This document shows, in pieces, positions 38,079 to 47,154 of a DNA stretch of 64,000 nt. The DNA is from Methanobacteriota archaeon (lineage in GTDB: Archaea > JAADCQ01 > Methanopyri > Methanopyrales > Methanopyraceae): NCBI GenBank assembly GCA_027064425.1, contig JAMOPO010000015.1, positions 32,001 through 96,000 of the forward strand. The letters are read 5' to 3'. Every line of letters starts with the position of its first letter. Within the stretch, counting starts at the first letter, position 1. Position numbers and translations under genes: made by a program. The notes beneath the pieces are model-generated. The model saw only the letters and a list, made by a program, of their open reading frames with translations, was not told the origin of the DNA and did no database searches.

Positions 38079-39069
38079 TACGCAGCCCCCGCAGGGCCCG
38101 AAGCACCCCCCTGTCCGCCGGGATCTCGTCCAGCCGGTACCCCTGAGCCCCCTGAAGCGCCGCCGCCACCTCCGCCGGGTTGAGCACCACCCACCGCTTG
38201 AACCGGGCCGCCTCGTCGACGGGGACCCTCGGACACCCACAGTAGATGCACTGATCGCACCGGAGCGACCGCAGGACGTCCTCGGTAAGGTATCGAACCT
38301 CCCACCGGGCCCCGCCCAGCGCCTTGAGAACGTCCTCCCGGCGCTGACCGATGCAGGTGCTTCCCACCACCTCGACGTCCTCCTCAGGGTCGAACTCCCG
38401 GATCTTGGAGAGCCGGACGGCGAGGACGCGTCTCACGGACTCCTCCAGCGACTCGGGGTCGATGACGCCCCGAGTCGGATCGATCTGCACCACGGGCTGA
38501 CCCGTTCTCAGCCTCGCTCCCAGCGGGTGGAACCGGCCGCTGCACACGATCACCACGGGCCGGTTCTCCAGGCAGGAGAAGTTGCAGCCCAGGACCAGCC
38601 CGGGCTCCGGGACACGCCCCGGGTCCCCGCGACCGACGTGGGCGCGGATCCCTTCCCGCTCGAGCAGCCTCGCCACCCGGTCCAGCTCGTGCACGTGCTG
38701 TGCCGTGGCGCAGAGGTCGACCTCCTCCACCCCGGCAGACCTCAGGATCTCCGCCGCCTCCTCGACCATCCACTCCTCGACCGCCTTCCTCCCACGGGTG
38801 GGTAAGAAGATAGGCCGAACGCCGAGCCTGCGGAGCTCCTCCTCCACCTCTGGGATCGGGTAGTGACCTAGGTGGAGGAGGTAATCCGCCCCGGCGGCCA
38901 TGCCCGGCGTGACGTCGCAGGCTCCGAACACCCGACCCGCGTCCAGGACGACCTCGCACCCTTTTCCCTCGAGGATGTCGGCGACCTCCCGGGCGATCCC
39001 CTTCAGACCGTCGGGGGCCTGCACCAGGACGCGGCCTGACACCTCGAGATCCTCAACCACCCTCGGCAC
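38038..39069 (-). CDS. dph2: Diphthamide biosynthesis enzyme Dph2
   Basis: QAPDGLK, FGACD, HLGH, VLGC, GRFH, CPR. Start uncertain; the 5' end overlaps a C/D sRNA. Confidence 0.88.
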   Translation of the reverse strand: MPRVVEDLEVSGRVLVQAPDGLKGIAREVADILEGKGCEVVLDAGRVFGACDVTPGMAAGADYLLHLGHYPIPEVEEELRRLGVRPIFLPTRGRKAVEEWMVEEAAEILRSAGVEEVDLCATAQHVHELDRVARLLEREGIRAHVGRGDPGRVPEPGLVLGCNFSCLENRPVVIVCSGRFHPLGARLRTGQPVVQIDPTRGVIDPESLEESVRRVLAVRLSKIREFDPEEDVEVVGSTCIGQRREDVLKALGGARWEVRYLTEDVLRSLRCDQCIYCGCPRVPVDEAARFKRWVVLNPAEVAAALQGAQGYRLDEIPADRGVLRALRGLRNGSAADDVPGGGS

Positions 39070-39120
39070 GTCCTCCTCGTCATACGGGCCGTCAGCGGAG
39101 GTGCATCTCCTCATCGGGAT
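39059..39120 (-). ncRNA. Box C/D guide sRNA (16S helix 34 region)
   Basis: Minus strand: ATGAGGA-GATGCACCTCCG-CTGA-CGGCCCGT-ATGACGA-GGAGGACGTG-CCGA. The first guide is complementary to archaeal 16S GGAGGUGCAU. Confidence 0.82.
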
Positions 39121-39152
39121 CACCTGCACGGGAGTGCGGAGGTGGGCGCTAA

Positions 39153-39524
39153 ATGCCTGACACTTACGCCCTCGGGCTCGGGATGAGGAGGCGGGTCGAC
39201 CCGGGCGACCTAGAGGCGGCCATCGAGTGGGGGCTGGACCGGTCGGGCGGGAGGCTCCGTGAGGTGATCACGCTGCGGCGGAAGGCCGAGCAGCCTTCGG
39301 GTCGAGAGCTCGTGAGGCTGGCCCGCGAGCGGGGTCTCAAGCCGGTCTTCGTCCGCGATCGGGAGCTGTCCGCCACCCCCAGCCGCTCGAGGGCGGAGGA
39401 TCTCCTGGGACTTCCCGGGTCCGTCTGCGAGGGCGTGCTGCTGGCCCGCGGCTACGAGCTGGTCGAGAGGAAGCGGCGCTTCGGACGGACCGTCACCGCC
39501 GCGCTGGGCAGACTCCGGGGGTGA
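39153..39524 (+). CDS. CbiG C-terminal / CobE-like cobalamin biosynthesis protein
   Basis: LGLGMRR, TL.RKAE, PSRSRA...GL.GSVCE, T.ALG. Confidence 0.75.
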   Translation: MPDTYALGLGMRRRVDPGDLEAAIEWGLDRSGGRLREVITLRRKAEQPSGRELVRLARERGLKPVFVRDRELSATPSRSRAEDLLGLPGSVCEGVLLARGYELVERKRRFGRTVTAALGRLRG

Positions 39525-40048
39525 GCGCTGTGACCAAGGTGATCGCCGTGGTCGGCGGTCGCGGGGACGGGTTCACCCGGCTGGCCCGCGTCCTAACCCG
39601 GGCCCTGGAGCTCTCAGGCAAGCGGGTTGAGACTCTAATGATGCCCCAATCGACCGGTGGGGTTGGTCGCAAGTGGTTAACGGCGTACCGGTGGGGTGAC
39701 GCGGACGTGGTCGTCGCCACCACGGACCGGTGCTCCCAGGTGGACGCCGCGCTGACCGTCAGCCGTTACGGGGCCGCCGTCAACGCTCCCCGCGCGGTTT
39801 ACGACGCCTCCCACCCCTCCTTCGCGGGCTTTAAGCCCCCGGACGGGTGGATCGGGCTGGACTGCCGCCGCATCGTCAGGGAACGCAGGGTTCCGGCCAT
39901 GCACGGGCTCATACTGCTGGGGGCCCTGTGCCGGGTGGAGAACCTGTGCCCGCTCGACGTGTTGAGGGAGGCGCTGGTGAAAGAGGAGGGAAGGCTGGGG
40001 ACGCTCGCCTTCCAGGCCGTGCGGGCGGGCTGGGAGGAGGCCGACTAG
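39521..40048 (+). CDS. Divergent 2-oxoacid:ferredoxin oxidoreductase gamma-subunit-like protein
   Basis: GGRGDG, DADVVVA, ILLGAL, AFQAVRAGW. Confidence 0.55.
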   Translation: MSAVTKVIAVVGGRGDGFTRLARVLTRALELSGKRVETLMMPQSTGGVGRKWLTAYRWGDADVVVATTDRCSQVDAALTVSRYGAAVNAPRAVYDASHPSFAGFKPPDGWIGLDCRRIVRERRVPAMHGLILLGALCRVENLCPLDVLREALVKEEGRLGTLAFQAVRAGWEEAD

Positions 40049-40989
40049 AGTCGCTCCTTCACCTCCTCCGCGATGACCCTCGACAGCGCGGGTGGGACGG
40101 ACTCGCCCACCTGGTCGTACTGGGCCTCGTACCCACCCTCGAACACGTGATCGTCCGGGTAGCTCATCAGCCGGGCCTGCTCGCGCACGGTCAGCAGTCG
40201 GTCCTCGAACGGGTGGATGAACCTCGAGCCGCCCATCACGGTGGGCGCGGGCTTCCACGGGTGCAACCGCAGCCAGTTCTTGAACTCACCCTTCGCCCCC
40301 TTGATGACGTTCAGCGCCTGACCCCACCGCAGCCTCCTGATCCTACGCAGCTTCCGACGTGAGAGCGGCCGGCGCTCGTGGTTCGGGATGTCCGAACCGT
40401 CGGGCTCCGGGAGGTCACCGATCGCGTCCCAGACGGTCTTGGGCCGGTCCACCGTGGGCTCCGGCTCGATCTTCACGTTGGAGATGAAGACGCGCCGTCG
40501 GTAGGATGGGACCCCGTAGTCGACGGCCTGAAGGACGTTGAAGTACACCTCGTCGTACCCGACCCGCCTGAACTCCTTCCGCAGCGCCTTCTCCAGCGGC
40601 CCCTCGAGAATCGCCGGCACGTTCTCCATCACGAACACCTCGGGCTGCAGGTCCCCCACCAGCCGGATGAAGTGCAGGACCAGGCGGCCCGTGGGGTCGT
40701 CGTAGAGCCGGTCCAGCGGGTTGGGCCTGCGCTCCGCGTTGGCGGCCGTGAACGGCTCGCACGGCGGCCCCCCGATCACCACGTCCGGGTCTCCCAGCTC
40801 GCTCAGGATGTCCTCCGCGTCCACCCGCTTGATGTCCTCCTCCAGCACCTTCACCCCGAAGTTGTTCCGGTACGTGGCCGCGGGAGCCGGGTGGTTGTCC
40901 ACGCCGCCCAGGATCTTGAAGCCGGCCTCGCGGAAGCCCAGCGAGAACCCGCCGGCCCCGCAGAACAGGTCCACCACCTTCGGCTTCAT
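40045..40989 (-). CDS. C5-cytosine methyltransferase (Dcm family), orphan
   Basis: DLFCGAGG, GGPPC, MENV, YGVP..RRRVF, RLLTVREQARL, QVGESVPP. Confidence 0.93.
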   Translation of the reverse strand: MKPKVVDLFCGAGGFSLGFREAGFKILGGVDNHPAPAATYRNNFGVKVLEEDIKRVDAEDILSELGDPDVVIGGPPCEPFTAANAERRPNPLDRLYDDPTGRLVLHFIRLVGDLQPEVFVMENVPAILEGPLEKALRKEFRRVGYDEVYFNVLQAVDYGVPSYRRRVFISNVKIEPEPTVDRPKTVWDAIGDLPEPDGSDIPNHERRPLSRRKLRRIRRLRWGQALNVIKGAKGEFKNWLRLHPWKPAPTVMGGSRFIHPFEDRLLTVREQARLMSYPDDHVFEGGYEAQYDQVGESVPPALSRVIAEEVKERL

Positions 40990-41114
40990 GGCCCGGCCCC
41001 CGTGGAGTTCACTTCAACACCCTCGGCGGGATTCCCGGGCTTTTAATCGGGTCGCAGGGGGCGAGCGGTACGGCGATACGAATCGCACGATCATGGTGTT
41101 CAGGGGATCCGGGG

Positions 41115-41873
41115 TTGGACGCCCGGGCCGGCCTCGCCGTGGGCCTCATAGCGGCCCTGATCGTCGGCGCGGCGGTCGGGCACTATTACACCTCATCCCA
41201 GCAGCTGACCGTTTTCGCGGCCGCGAGCCTGAAGAAGCCGCTGACCGAGCTGGCCAGGCGGTACGAGAAGGAGAGGGGAGTCAAGGTCGCGCTCAACTTC
41301 GGCCCGTCCGGCGGTCTCACGGCACAGATAATGCAGGGGCAGAGGTGCGACCTGTTCTTCTCCGCGGACTGGAGGTACATCGTCAAGCTGCGGAAGGCCG
41401 GCAAGGCCGCGAGGACGAGGAAGTTCCTGAGGGATTACCTTGTGCTGGTCGTCTCCGAGACGGGCCGACGGAAGCGCATCGAGGACGTCAGGGACCTCAC
41501 AAGGCCGGGCGTGACGGTCGCCGTCGCCGACCCGAAGGCGCCAGTCGGCGAGTACGCTCAGCGCGCGCTGCAGCGGCTCGGGATCTGGGACACGATCGTC
41601 AAGAACGGGAACCTGAAGGCTCGGCCGGGTACCGTCAATCAGGTGGCCACGATGGTGAAGAAGGACCAGGTGGACGCCGGATTCGTCTATCGGAGCGTGG
41701 CCGTCGGATTCGGGCTGCCGATCGTGCAGACGCTCCCGCACTCGCTGACGGGCCCGATCGTCTGGGGAGCGGCGGTGATCAGGGGAGGCAACGAGCGGCT
41801 GGCCGAGGACTTCCTGAGCTACTGCCTGCAGCACATCGACGAGTTCGAAAAGTACGGGTGGGAACCGGCTTGA
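41115..41873 (+). CDS. modA: Molybdate/tungstate ABC transporter binding protein
   Basis: FAAASL, NFGPSGGL..QI..G, DLFFSA, APVG.YA, DAGFVY.S. Confidence 0.92.
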   Translation: MDARAGLAVGLIAALIVGAAVGHYYTSSQQLTVFAAASLKKPLTELARRYEKERGVKVALNFGPSGGLTAQIMQGQRCDLFFSADWRYIVKLRKAGKAARTRKFLRDYLVLVVSETGRRKRIEDVRDLTRPGVTVAVADPKAPVGEYAQRALQRLGIWDTIVKNGNLKARPGTVNQVATMVKKDQVDAGFVYRSVAVGFGLPIVQTLPHSLTGPIVWGAAVIRGGNERLAEDFLSYCLQHIDEFEKYGWEPA

Positions 41874-42661
41874 TCGGCAGGTACGAGCTCCTCGGCGCCC
41901 TGTTCCCACCCTTGTTCTTCCTGTTCATCGTGTTCCCGCTGGTGGTCCTGGCGCTGAACTTGACCCCGCAGGGGCTCGCGCAGGCGCTCGGTGACCCGTA
42001 CTTTTGGTCCGCCACGTTCAACACCATCCTGTGCGCCGTCGCGGCCGCGGTAATGGGCGTGGTGATCGCGGTGGGCTTCGGTTACTACCACCTGTTTAAG
42101 CGGGACTCGGTGATTTACCGGGTCGCCGACTTCCTCAACGACTTGCCCATCGCGCTGCCGCACACCGTTGCGGGACTCGCGCTGCTGCTCGCGTTCGGTC
42201 GACGGTACTTCTGGTGGCTGGGCGAGAACGGACTCGCGTTCACGCTCGTCGCCGTCACGCTCGCGATGCTCTTCGTGTCGTACCCGCTGGCCGCCCGAGC
42301 GGTGCAGGCGGGCCTTGAGGAGGTGGGGAGAGATCTCGTAGAGGTCGCCAGGACCCTGGGGGACTCCCCGGCGCAGGCCTACGCCAGGGTCGTCATCCCG
42401 GCGCTCCGGGAGGCCTTACTGGGCGGGTTCCTCCTCGGGTTCTCACGGTCGCTCAGCGAGTTCGCCGCCGTGATCATGTTCGGTGGAAACCTGCCCGGAA
42501 GGACCCAGGTGCTGGCCTCCTACGTGTTCACCCGGGTCGAGGCGGGCGACCTGGAGGCGGCCGTCGCGGCCAGCGTCTTCTGCATGGTACTCTCGCTGGT
42601 CATGGTGGCGCTGACACGCTCGCTGACCGGGGCCGGGGGACTCCGACGTGCTCAAGGTTGA
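41870..42661 (+). CDS. modB: Molybdate/tungstate ABC permease
   Basis: DLPIALPHTVAGLALL, EVARTLG, RSLSEF. Confidence 0.92.
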   Translation: MIGRYELLGALFPPLFFLFIVFPLVVLALNLTPQGLAQALGDPYFWSATFNTILCAVAAAVMGVVIAVGFGYYHLFKRDSVIYRVADFLNDLPIALPHTVAGLALLLAFGRRYFWWLGENGLAFTLVAVTLAMLFVSYPLAARAVQAGLEEVGRDLVEVARTLGDSPAQAYARVVIPALREALLGGFLLGFSRSLSEFAAVIMFGGNLPGRTQVLASYVFTRVEAGDLEAAVAASVFCMVLSLVMVALTRSLTGAGGLRRAQG

Positions 42662-43337
42662 GAACGTGCACTTCTCCTACGGCGACAGACCCGTCCTGCG
42701 CGGCGTGAGCCTGAGCGTTGAACCGGGCGAGGTGCGCGTGATCTTCGGTCCTAACGGCAGCGGCAAGTCCACGCTGCTGAGGGTCGTGGCCGGGATACTG
42801 CGGCCCGACCGGGGCCGGATCGTCATCGACGGGGAGGACGTCACCGACCGGCCACCCGAGGACCGTCGGGTCGGCTACGTCCCGCAGCGCCCGACACTGT
42901 TCCCGCACCTCACGGTGCGGGGTAACATCACCTACTCTTTAAGGAACGGTCGGGGGGACCCGGATCGACTGGACGAGCTCGTCAAGCTGCTGGGACTCGA
43001 GGAACACCTCGACCGGCGCCCGGACGAGCTCAGCGGTGGCTATCAGAGCCGCGTGGCGCTGGCCCGAGCGCTCTTCTCCGACCCCCGGGTGCTGCTTCTG
43101 GACGAGCCGCTCAGCGACGTCGATCCCGCCGCGAAGCGGGACCTGGTGAGGCGGTTTCGAGAGGTCCTTGACCGGGCGGGCGTGCCCACGCTCTACGTGA
43201 CGCACGACCCGTGGGAGGCGGAGTGCGTCGGTGACTCTTATACGGTGTTGCTGGGCGGCAGGGCGGTCGACGTCGACACCGTTGACGAGGCGATCGAACG
43301 GCTCAAGCGGGGCGCAGGCCTTGGGGAAGGGGCGTAA
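42648..43337 (+). CDS. modC: Molybdate/tungstate ABC ATPase
   Basis: GPNGSGKST, LSGG, LLLDEP, YVTHD. Confidence 0.9.
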   Translation: MLKVENVHFSYGDRPVLRGVSLSVEPGEVRVIFGPNGSGKSTLLRVVAGILRPDRGRIVIDGEDVTDRPPEDRRVGYVPQRPTLFPHLTVRGNITYSLRNGRGDPDRLDELVKLLGLEEHLDRRPDELSGGYQSRVALARALFSDPRVLLLDEPLSDVDPAAKRDLVRRFREVLDRAGVPTLYVTHDPWEAECVGDSYTVLLGGRAVDVDTVDEAIERLKRGAGLGEGA

Positions 43338-44580
43338 GTACCGCGGGTTCGTCTACACCGACGACCTCACCCACCCGGCGAAGTTCCTCGAGTTCCTCCG
43401 CGAGCGCGTCGAGCCGCCGGAAGTCGAGGAGCTGGAAGTGGGGCCCGAGGTCGCCGGGCGCGTCCTGGCAGAGGACGTCCGGGCCGAGCGTCCCTCCCCG
43501 CCGTTCACTCGGTCCGCCATGGACGGGTACGCCGTCCGGGCCGAGGACGCGGAGCCCGGGGCCCGGCTGAAGGTGGTGGGGGAGTCCCGGATCGGCGAGG
43601 AGAGCGGGGTCAAGGTCGGGCCCGGGGAGGCGGCGTACGTGGACACCGGCGCCCGCGTTCCCGAGGGCGCCGACGCGGTCGTGCCGGTGGAGTTCGTGGA
43701 GCGTGACGGGGACGAGATCGTCATCAAGGAGGGGGTGGAACCGGGCGACAACCTGGATCGGCGGGGCTGCTACGTCGAGGAGGGTGAGATCCTGTACCCG
43801 GCCGGCCACGTGGTGGAGCCCGTGGACGTGGGCGTCATGCTGGAGCACGGGGTTGAGGAGGTCCGGGTCCGTCGCCCGCTGCGCGTCTCGGTGATCATCA
43901 CCGGGAGCGAGCTCGTGGAGCGGCCCTCGGAGCTCGAGTCTGAGACCCAGGTGGTTGAGTCGATCGGGCCCGTACTCGAGGCGGAGCTGGCCAGGCTGGG
44001 CTTCACCAAGCTCCTGGACCGGAGGCTCGTGGAGGACGACCCGGGGGAGATCGAGCGCGCGATCGTCGACGCCGCGGCCGAGTCCGACGTGCTGATCGTC
44101 ACCGGCGGGTCCTCCGTGGGCGAGCGGGACTACGTCAAGGAGATCCTCGAGGACGTGTTCGAGGACTTCATTCACGGGATCCGGGCCCGGCCCGGCCGTC
44201 CGTTCGGCGTGGCGCTCCGCGAGGACGCCGTGGCGTTCACCCTTCCGGGCTGGCCCACGTCGGCCTACACGACCTTCCGCGTGTGGGTGACCCCGTGCCT
44301 GCTCGCCCTGGCGGGCGCGGATCCGGAGGTTCTCGGCCTTGAGCTGCCGTGCGAGGAGGTCAGGGGTAAGAGGGCCCTGGGCGTGATCGCCCGGGTCAAG
44401 CTGGAGGATGGTCGGGCACGCGGGCTCCCGAGGGACCGCTCCAGCCATTACGCCCTCTTCCGTGAGACCGACGCCCTGGCCGTGCTCCCGCCGGGCGAGG
44501 AGGAGCGCGCGCTGATTCTGCCGCTGAGGCGCCGCGTGAACCCCTTCGAGTGGGTGGAGCGACGCTCAGGCGGCGACTGA
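43321..44580 (+). CDS. moeA: Molybdopterin molybdo/tungstotransferase
   Basis: GRVLAED, SAMDGYAV, GADAVV, TGGSSVG..D, PGRP, LPG.P. Confidence 0.93.
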   Translation: MGKGRKYRGFVYTDDLTHPAKFLEFLRERVEPPEVEELEVGPEVAGRVLAEDVRAERPSPPFTRSAMDGYAVRAEDAEPGARLKVVGESRIGEESGVKVGPGEAAYVDTGARVPEGADAVVPVEFVERDGDEIVIKEGVEPGDNLDRRGCYVEEGEILYPAGHVVEPVDVGVMLEHGVEEVRVRRPLRVSVIITGSELVERPSELESETQVVESIGPVLEAELARLGFTKLLDRRLVEDDPGEIERAIVDAAAESDVLIVTGGSSVGERDYVKEILEDVFEDFIHGIRARPGRPFGVALREDAVAFTLPGWPTSAYTTFRVWVTPCLLALAGADPEVLGLELPCEEVRGKRALGVIARVKLEDGRARGLPRDRSSHYALFRETDALAVLPPGEEERALILPLRRRVNPFEWVERRSGGD

Positions 44581-44662
44581 GTGTCCACTGCGCATCAACG
44601 GCCCCCGGCCGCCCTCGCCTTTTTATCGAGCATCCCGCGGGGCTCCGTAGGGAGCGGCGGGA

Positions 44663-44899
44663 TTGGTCGAGATCAAGGTCCACGAGGACCGATGCCACGG
44701 GTGCGGTAACTGCGTCGTCGCCTGCCCCGTCAACGCCAGGAACTCGCCGAACGCGTGGGGAGGGAAGGGGCCGGAGGAGGACGACGTCGTCATCAAGGTG
44801 GTGAACGGGGTGGTGAAGGTCGTAAACGAGGACCTGTGCGAGGCCTGCCTCACCTGCGAGCTCGCCTGTCCCGTCGACGCCATCGAGGTCCGGCCCTGA
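44663..44899 (+). CDS. fwdG: Formylmethanofuran dehydrogenase subunit G (ferredoxin)
   Basis: CHGCGNCVVACPVNA, CEACLTCELACP; TTTTTAT upstream at 44620. Confidence 0.93.
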   Translation: MVEIKVHEDRCHGCGNCVVACPVNARNSPNAWGGKGPEEDDVVIKVVNGVVKVVNEDLCEACLTCELACPVDAIEVRP

Positions 44900-44913
44900 C
44901 GGGGGTGCCCGGG

Positions 44914-45312
44914 TTGGCCGAGTTCACTCTCATCACCGGCCGAACCATCTGGCAGGGGGAGGCTATCGAGACGGGCAAGGACGAGGAGATTTACCCCGAG
45001 GCCGTCGCGGTCTGCTACTTCAACCCGGCCGACATGGAGGAGCTCGGCATCCGGGATGGCGACCCCGTCAGGGTCAGGTCCGAGCACGGAGAGGTCGTCG
45101 TGAGGGCTCGCGCGGCCGAGACCGACGTCCCGCCCCGCGGGGTCGTGTTCATCCCGATGGGCCCGTGGGCGAACCGGGTGGTGGACCCGGACACCGCCAG
45201 CACCGGAATGCCGGGGTTCAAGGGCGTCAAGGTCGAGGTGGAACCCACGGATGAGGAGCCTGTCGAGGACATGTCCGAGCTGATGCGCAAGGAGTACCTG
45301 AAGGAAGAGTAG
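44914..45312 (+). CDS. fwdD: Formylmethanofuran dehydrogenase subunit D
   Basis: LITGRTIWQG, FIPMGPWAN, TGMPGFKG. Confidence 0.95.
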   Translation: MAEFTLITGRTIWQGEAIETGKDEEIYPEAVAVCYFNPADMEELGIRDGDPVRVRSEHGEVVVRARAAETDVPPRGVVFIPMGPWANRVVDPDTASTGMPGFKGVKVEVEPTDEEPVEDMSELMRKEYLKEE

Positions 45313-45374
45313 CCCTCACGCTCACCCTCTGGCGCTCGAGCTCGCCCTCTACAGCGGGAAGGGGGTGAGAACGA

Positions 45375-46679
45375 GTGGGGGACAGGGAGGTAGTCAAGGA
45401 CGTGGTGTGCCCGTTCTGAGGGACGCTGTGCGACGACCTAGAGGTGGTCGTGGAGGACGGTAAGATCGTCGAGGTGCGGCACGCGTGCAGGATCGGTGCG
45501 GCGAAGTTCCTCAGCGCGCAGGAGGAGGACCGGCCGACGGAGCCGATGATCCGGGAGAACGGTGAGTGGAAGAAGGTCGACTACGAGGACGCCGCCGAGG
45601 AGACCGCTCGGATCCTCGTCGAGGCCAAGCTGCCGATCCTGTACGGCTGGTCCGCCACGCTGGTTGAGGCGCACGAGAAGGGTATCGAGCTAGCGGAGCT
45701 CGTCGGTGGCGTCATCGACAACACCGCCTCGGTGTGACACGGCCCGTCGGTGCTGGCGCTCCAGGACGTGGGCGTGCCCAGCTGCACGCTGGGCGAGGTG
45801 AAGAACAGGGCGGACACGATCATCTACTGGGGCAGCAACCCGATGCACGCTCACCCGCGGCACATGAGCCGGTACACCACGTTCGCGCGCGGGTACTTCC
45901 GGCCGAAGGGTCGCCAGGACCGCACGATCATCGTCGTGGACCCGCGGAAGACCGCGACCGCCCGGCTAGCGGACGTGTACATCCAGGTGCGGCCGCACGA
46001 GGACTACGAGCTGATCAGCGCGCTCCGCGCGGCGGTGCACGGGGTCGAGATCGAGCGGGAGGAGGTCGCCGGCGTCCCGGTAGAGAAGATCTACGAGGTC
46101 GCGGACCTGCTCAAGGAGGCGAGCTTCGGCACGCTGTTCTGGGCCATGGGCCTGACGATGTCCCGCGGTAGGCACCGGAACATCGACAACGCGATCTGCC
46201 TGGTCCGGGACCTAAACGAGCACACCAAGTGGGTCCTAATCATGATGCGCGGGCACTACAACGTGACAGGGTTCAACGAGGTGCTCGCGTGGACCACGGG
46301 CTACCCGTACGCCGTGGACTTCACCCGCGGGTACCCGCGGTACAACCCGGGCGAGACCAGCACCGTGGACCTGCTGACCCGCGGCGAGGCGGACGCGATG
46401 ATGGTGGTCGCCAGCGACCCGGGCGCGCACTTCCCGCAGAAGGCGGTGGAGCGGATGGCCGAGATCCCGCTGGTGTGCGTGGACCCGCACTGGACGCCGA
46501 CGGCCGAGCTCGCGGACGTGTACGTGCCCACGGCGATCGCCGGCATCGAGTGGGAGGGCACCGCCTACCGCATGGATGCGGTACCCATCCGCATGCGCAA
46601 GGTCGTCGACCCGCCCGAGGGCCTGCTCAACGACGTCGAGTTCCTCGAGATGGTCATCGAGAAGGTCGAGGAGATGTAA
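45375..46679 (+). CDS. fwuB: Tungsten formylmethanofuran dehydrogenase subunit B, selenoprotein with two in-frame UGA (codons 15 and 121), 434 aa
   Basis: GTG 45375 after RBS GGGGGTGA. VVCPF-TGA(45417)-GTLCDD and DNTASV-TGA(45735)-HGPS lie in one frame, both at conserved Cys positions. SECIS in the 3' UTR. Confidence 0.93.
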
Positions 46680-46712
46680 CGCCAAACCCCGGCACTCGGG
46701 GTCCCCGGGCCG

Positions 46713-46752
46713 CCCCGCGGGGCGAACCCCGCACCCGGGGAGCCCCGCGGGG
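46713..46752 (+). promoter_or_regulatory. Archaeal SECIS element (3' UTR of fwuB)
   Basis: CCCCGCGGGGC-GAA-CCCCG-CACC-CGGGG-A-GCCCCGCGGGG: 11-bp stem, GAA/A internal loop, GC apical stem. Confidence 0.92.
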
Positions 46753-46818
46753 TTAAGCGGGGGTAAGCCCCCCGCGGCCCGGGGCCCTCACCCCCTCCTC
46801 CCCTCAGGGGGTCCTCCG

Positions 46819-47145
46819 TTGGGGCGCGATCCCGAGCCCCGCTGCCCGTACTGCGGGTCCCCGTCCTGCGTCAACGAGTCCGCCCTGTCGCTGTTCCTCC
46901 GCGCCTCCGAGCGCATCGCGAGATACGTCGTGAAGGAGCGAGACAAGGTGGACGATGACGACCCCCTGTTCCGCCCCTCCTTCGGCGAGGTTGGCGTCTG
47001 CCGAGAGACCTCGCGCCGGATTTGGGCGTGCCCGTACTGCCGCTCCCTGATCCCCGAGCCGGAACCCGACGGGATGACCGCCCGGTGCCCCGAGTGCGGT
47101 CGCGAGGCCAACGTTGCCCCCTCACGCCGCAAGATCGTGTGCTGA
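46819..47145 (+). CDS. Small Cys-rich (zinc-finger-like) protein inside the fwd cluster
   Basis: TTG start; CPYCGSPSC, C, CPYC, CPEC and a terminal C; 108 aa. Confidence 0.7.
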   Translation: MGRDPEPRCPYCGSPSCVNESALSLFLRASERIARYVVKERDKVDDDDPLFRPSFGEVGVCRETSRRIWACPYCRSLIPEPEPDGMTARCPECGREANVAPSRRKIVC

Positions 47146-47154
47146 CGCGGGGGG

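Noticed and set aside
41041-41110. Moco/tungsten riboswitch or ModE box upstream of modA
   Set aside because: Only short ATCG/CGAT palindromes are present; the spacing and structure do not match the known motifs.
45417-45737. fwdB as a pseudogene with two nonsense mutations
   Set aside because: Both stops are TGA at conserved Cys positions, the frame is otherwise intact and a SECIS follows, so this is recoding rather than decay.
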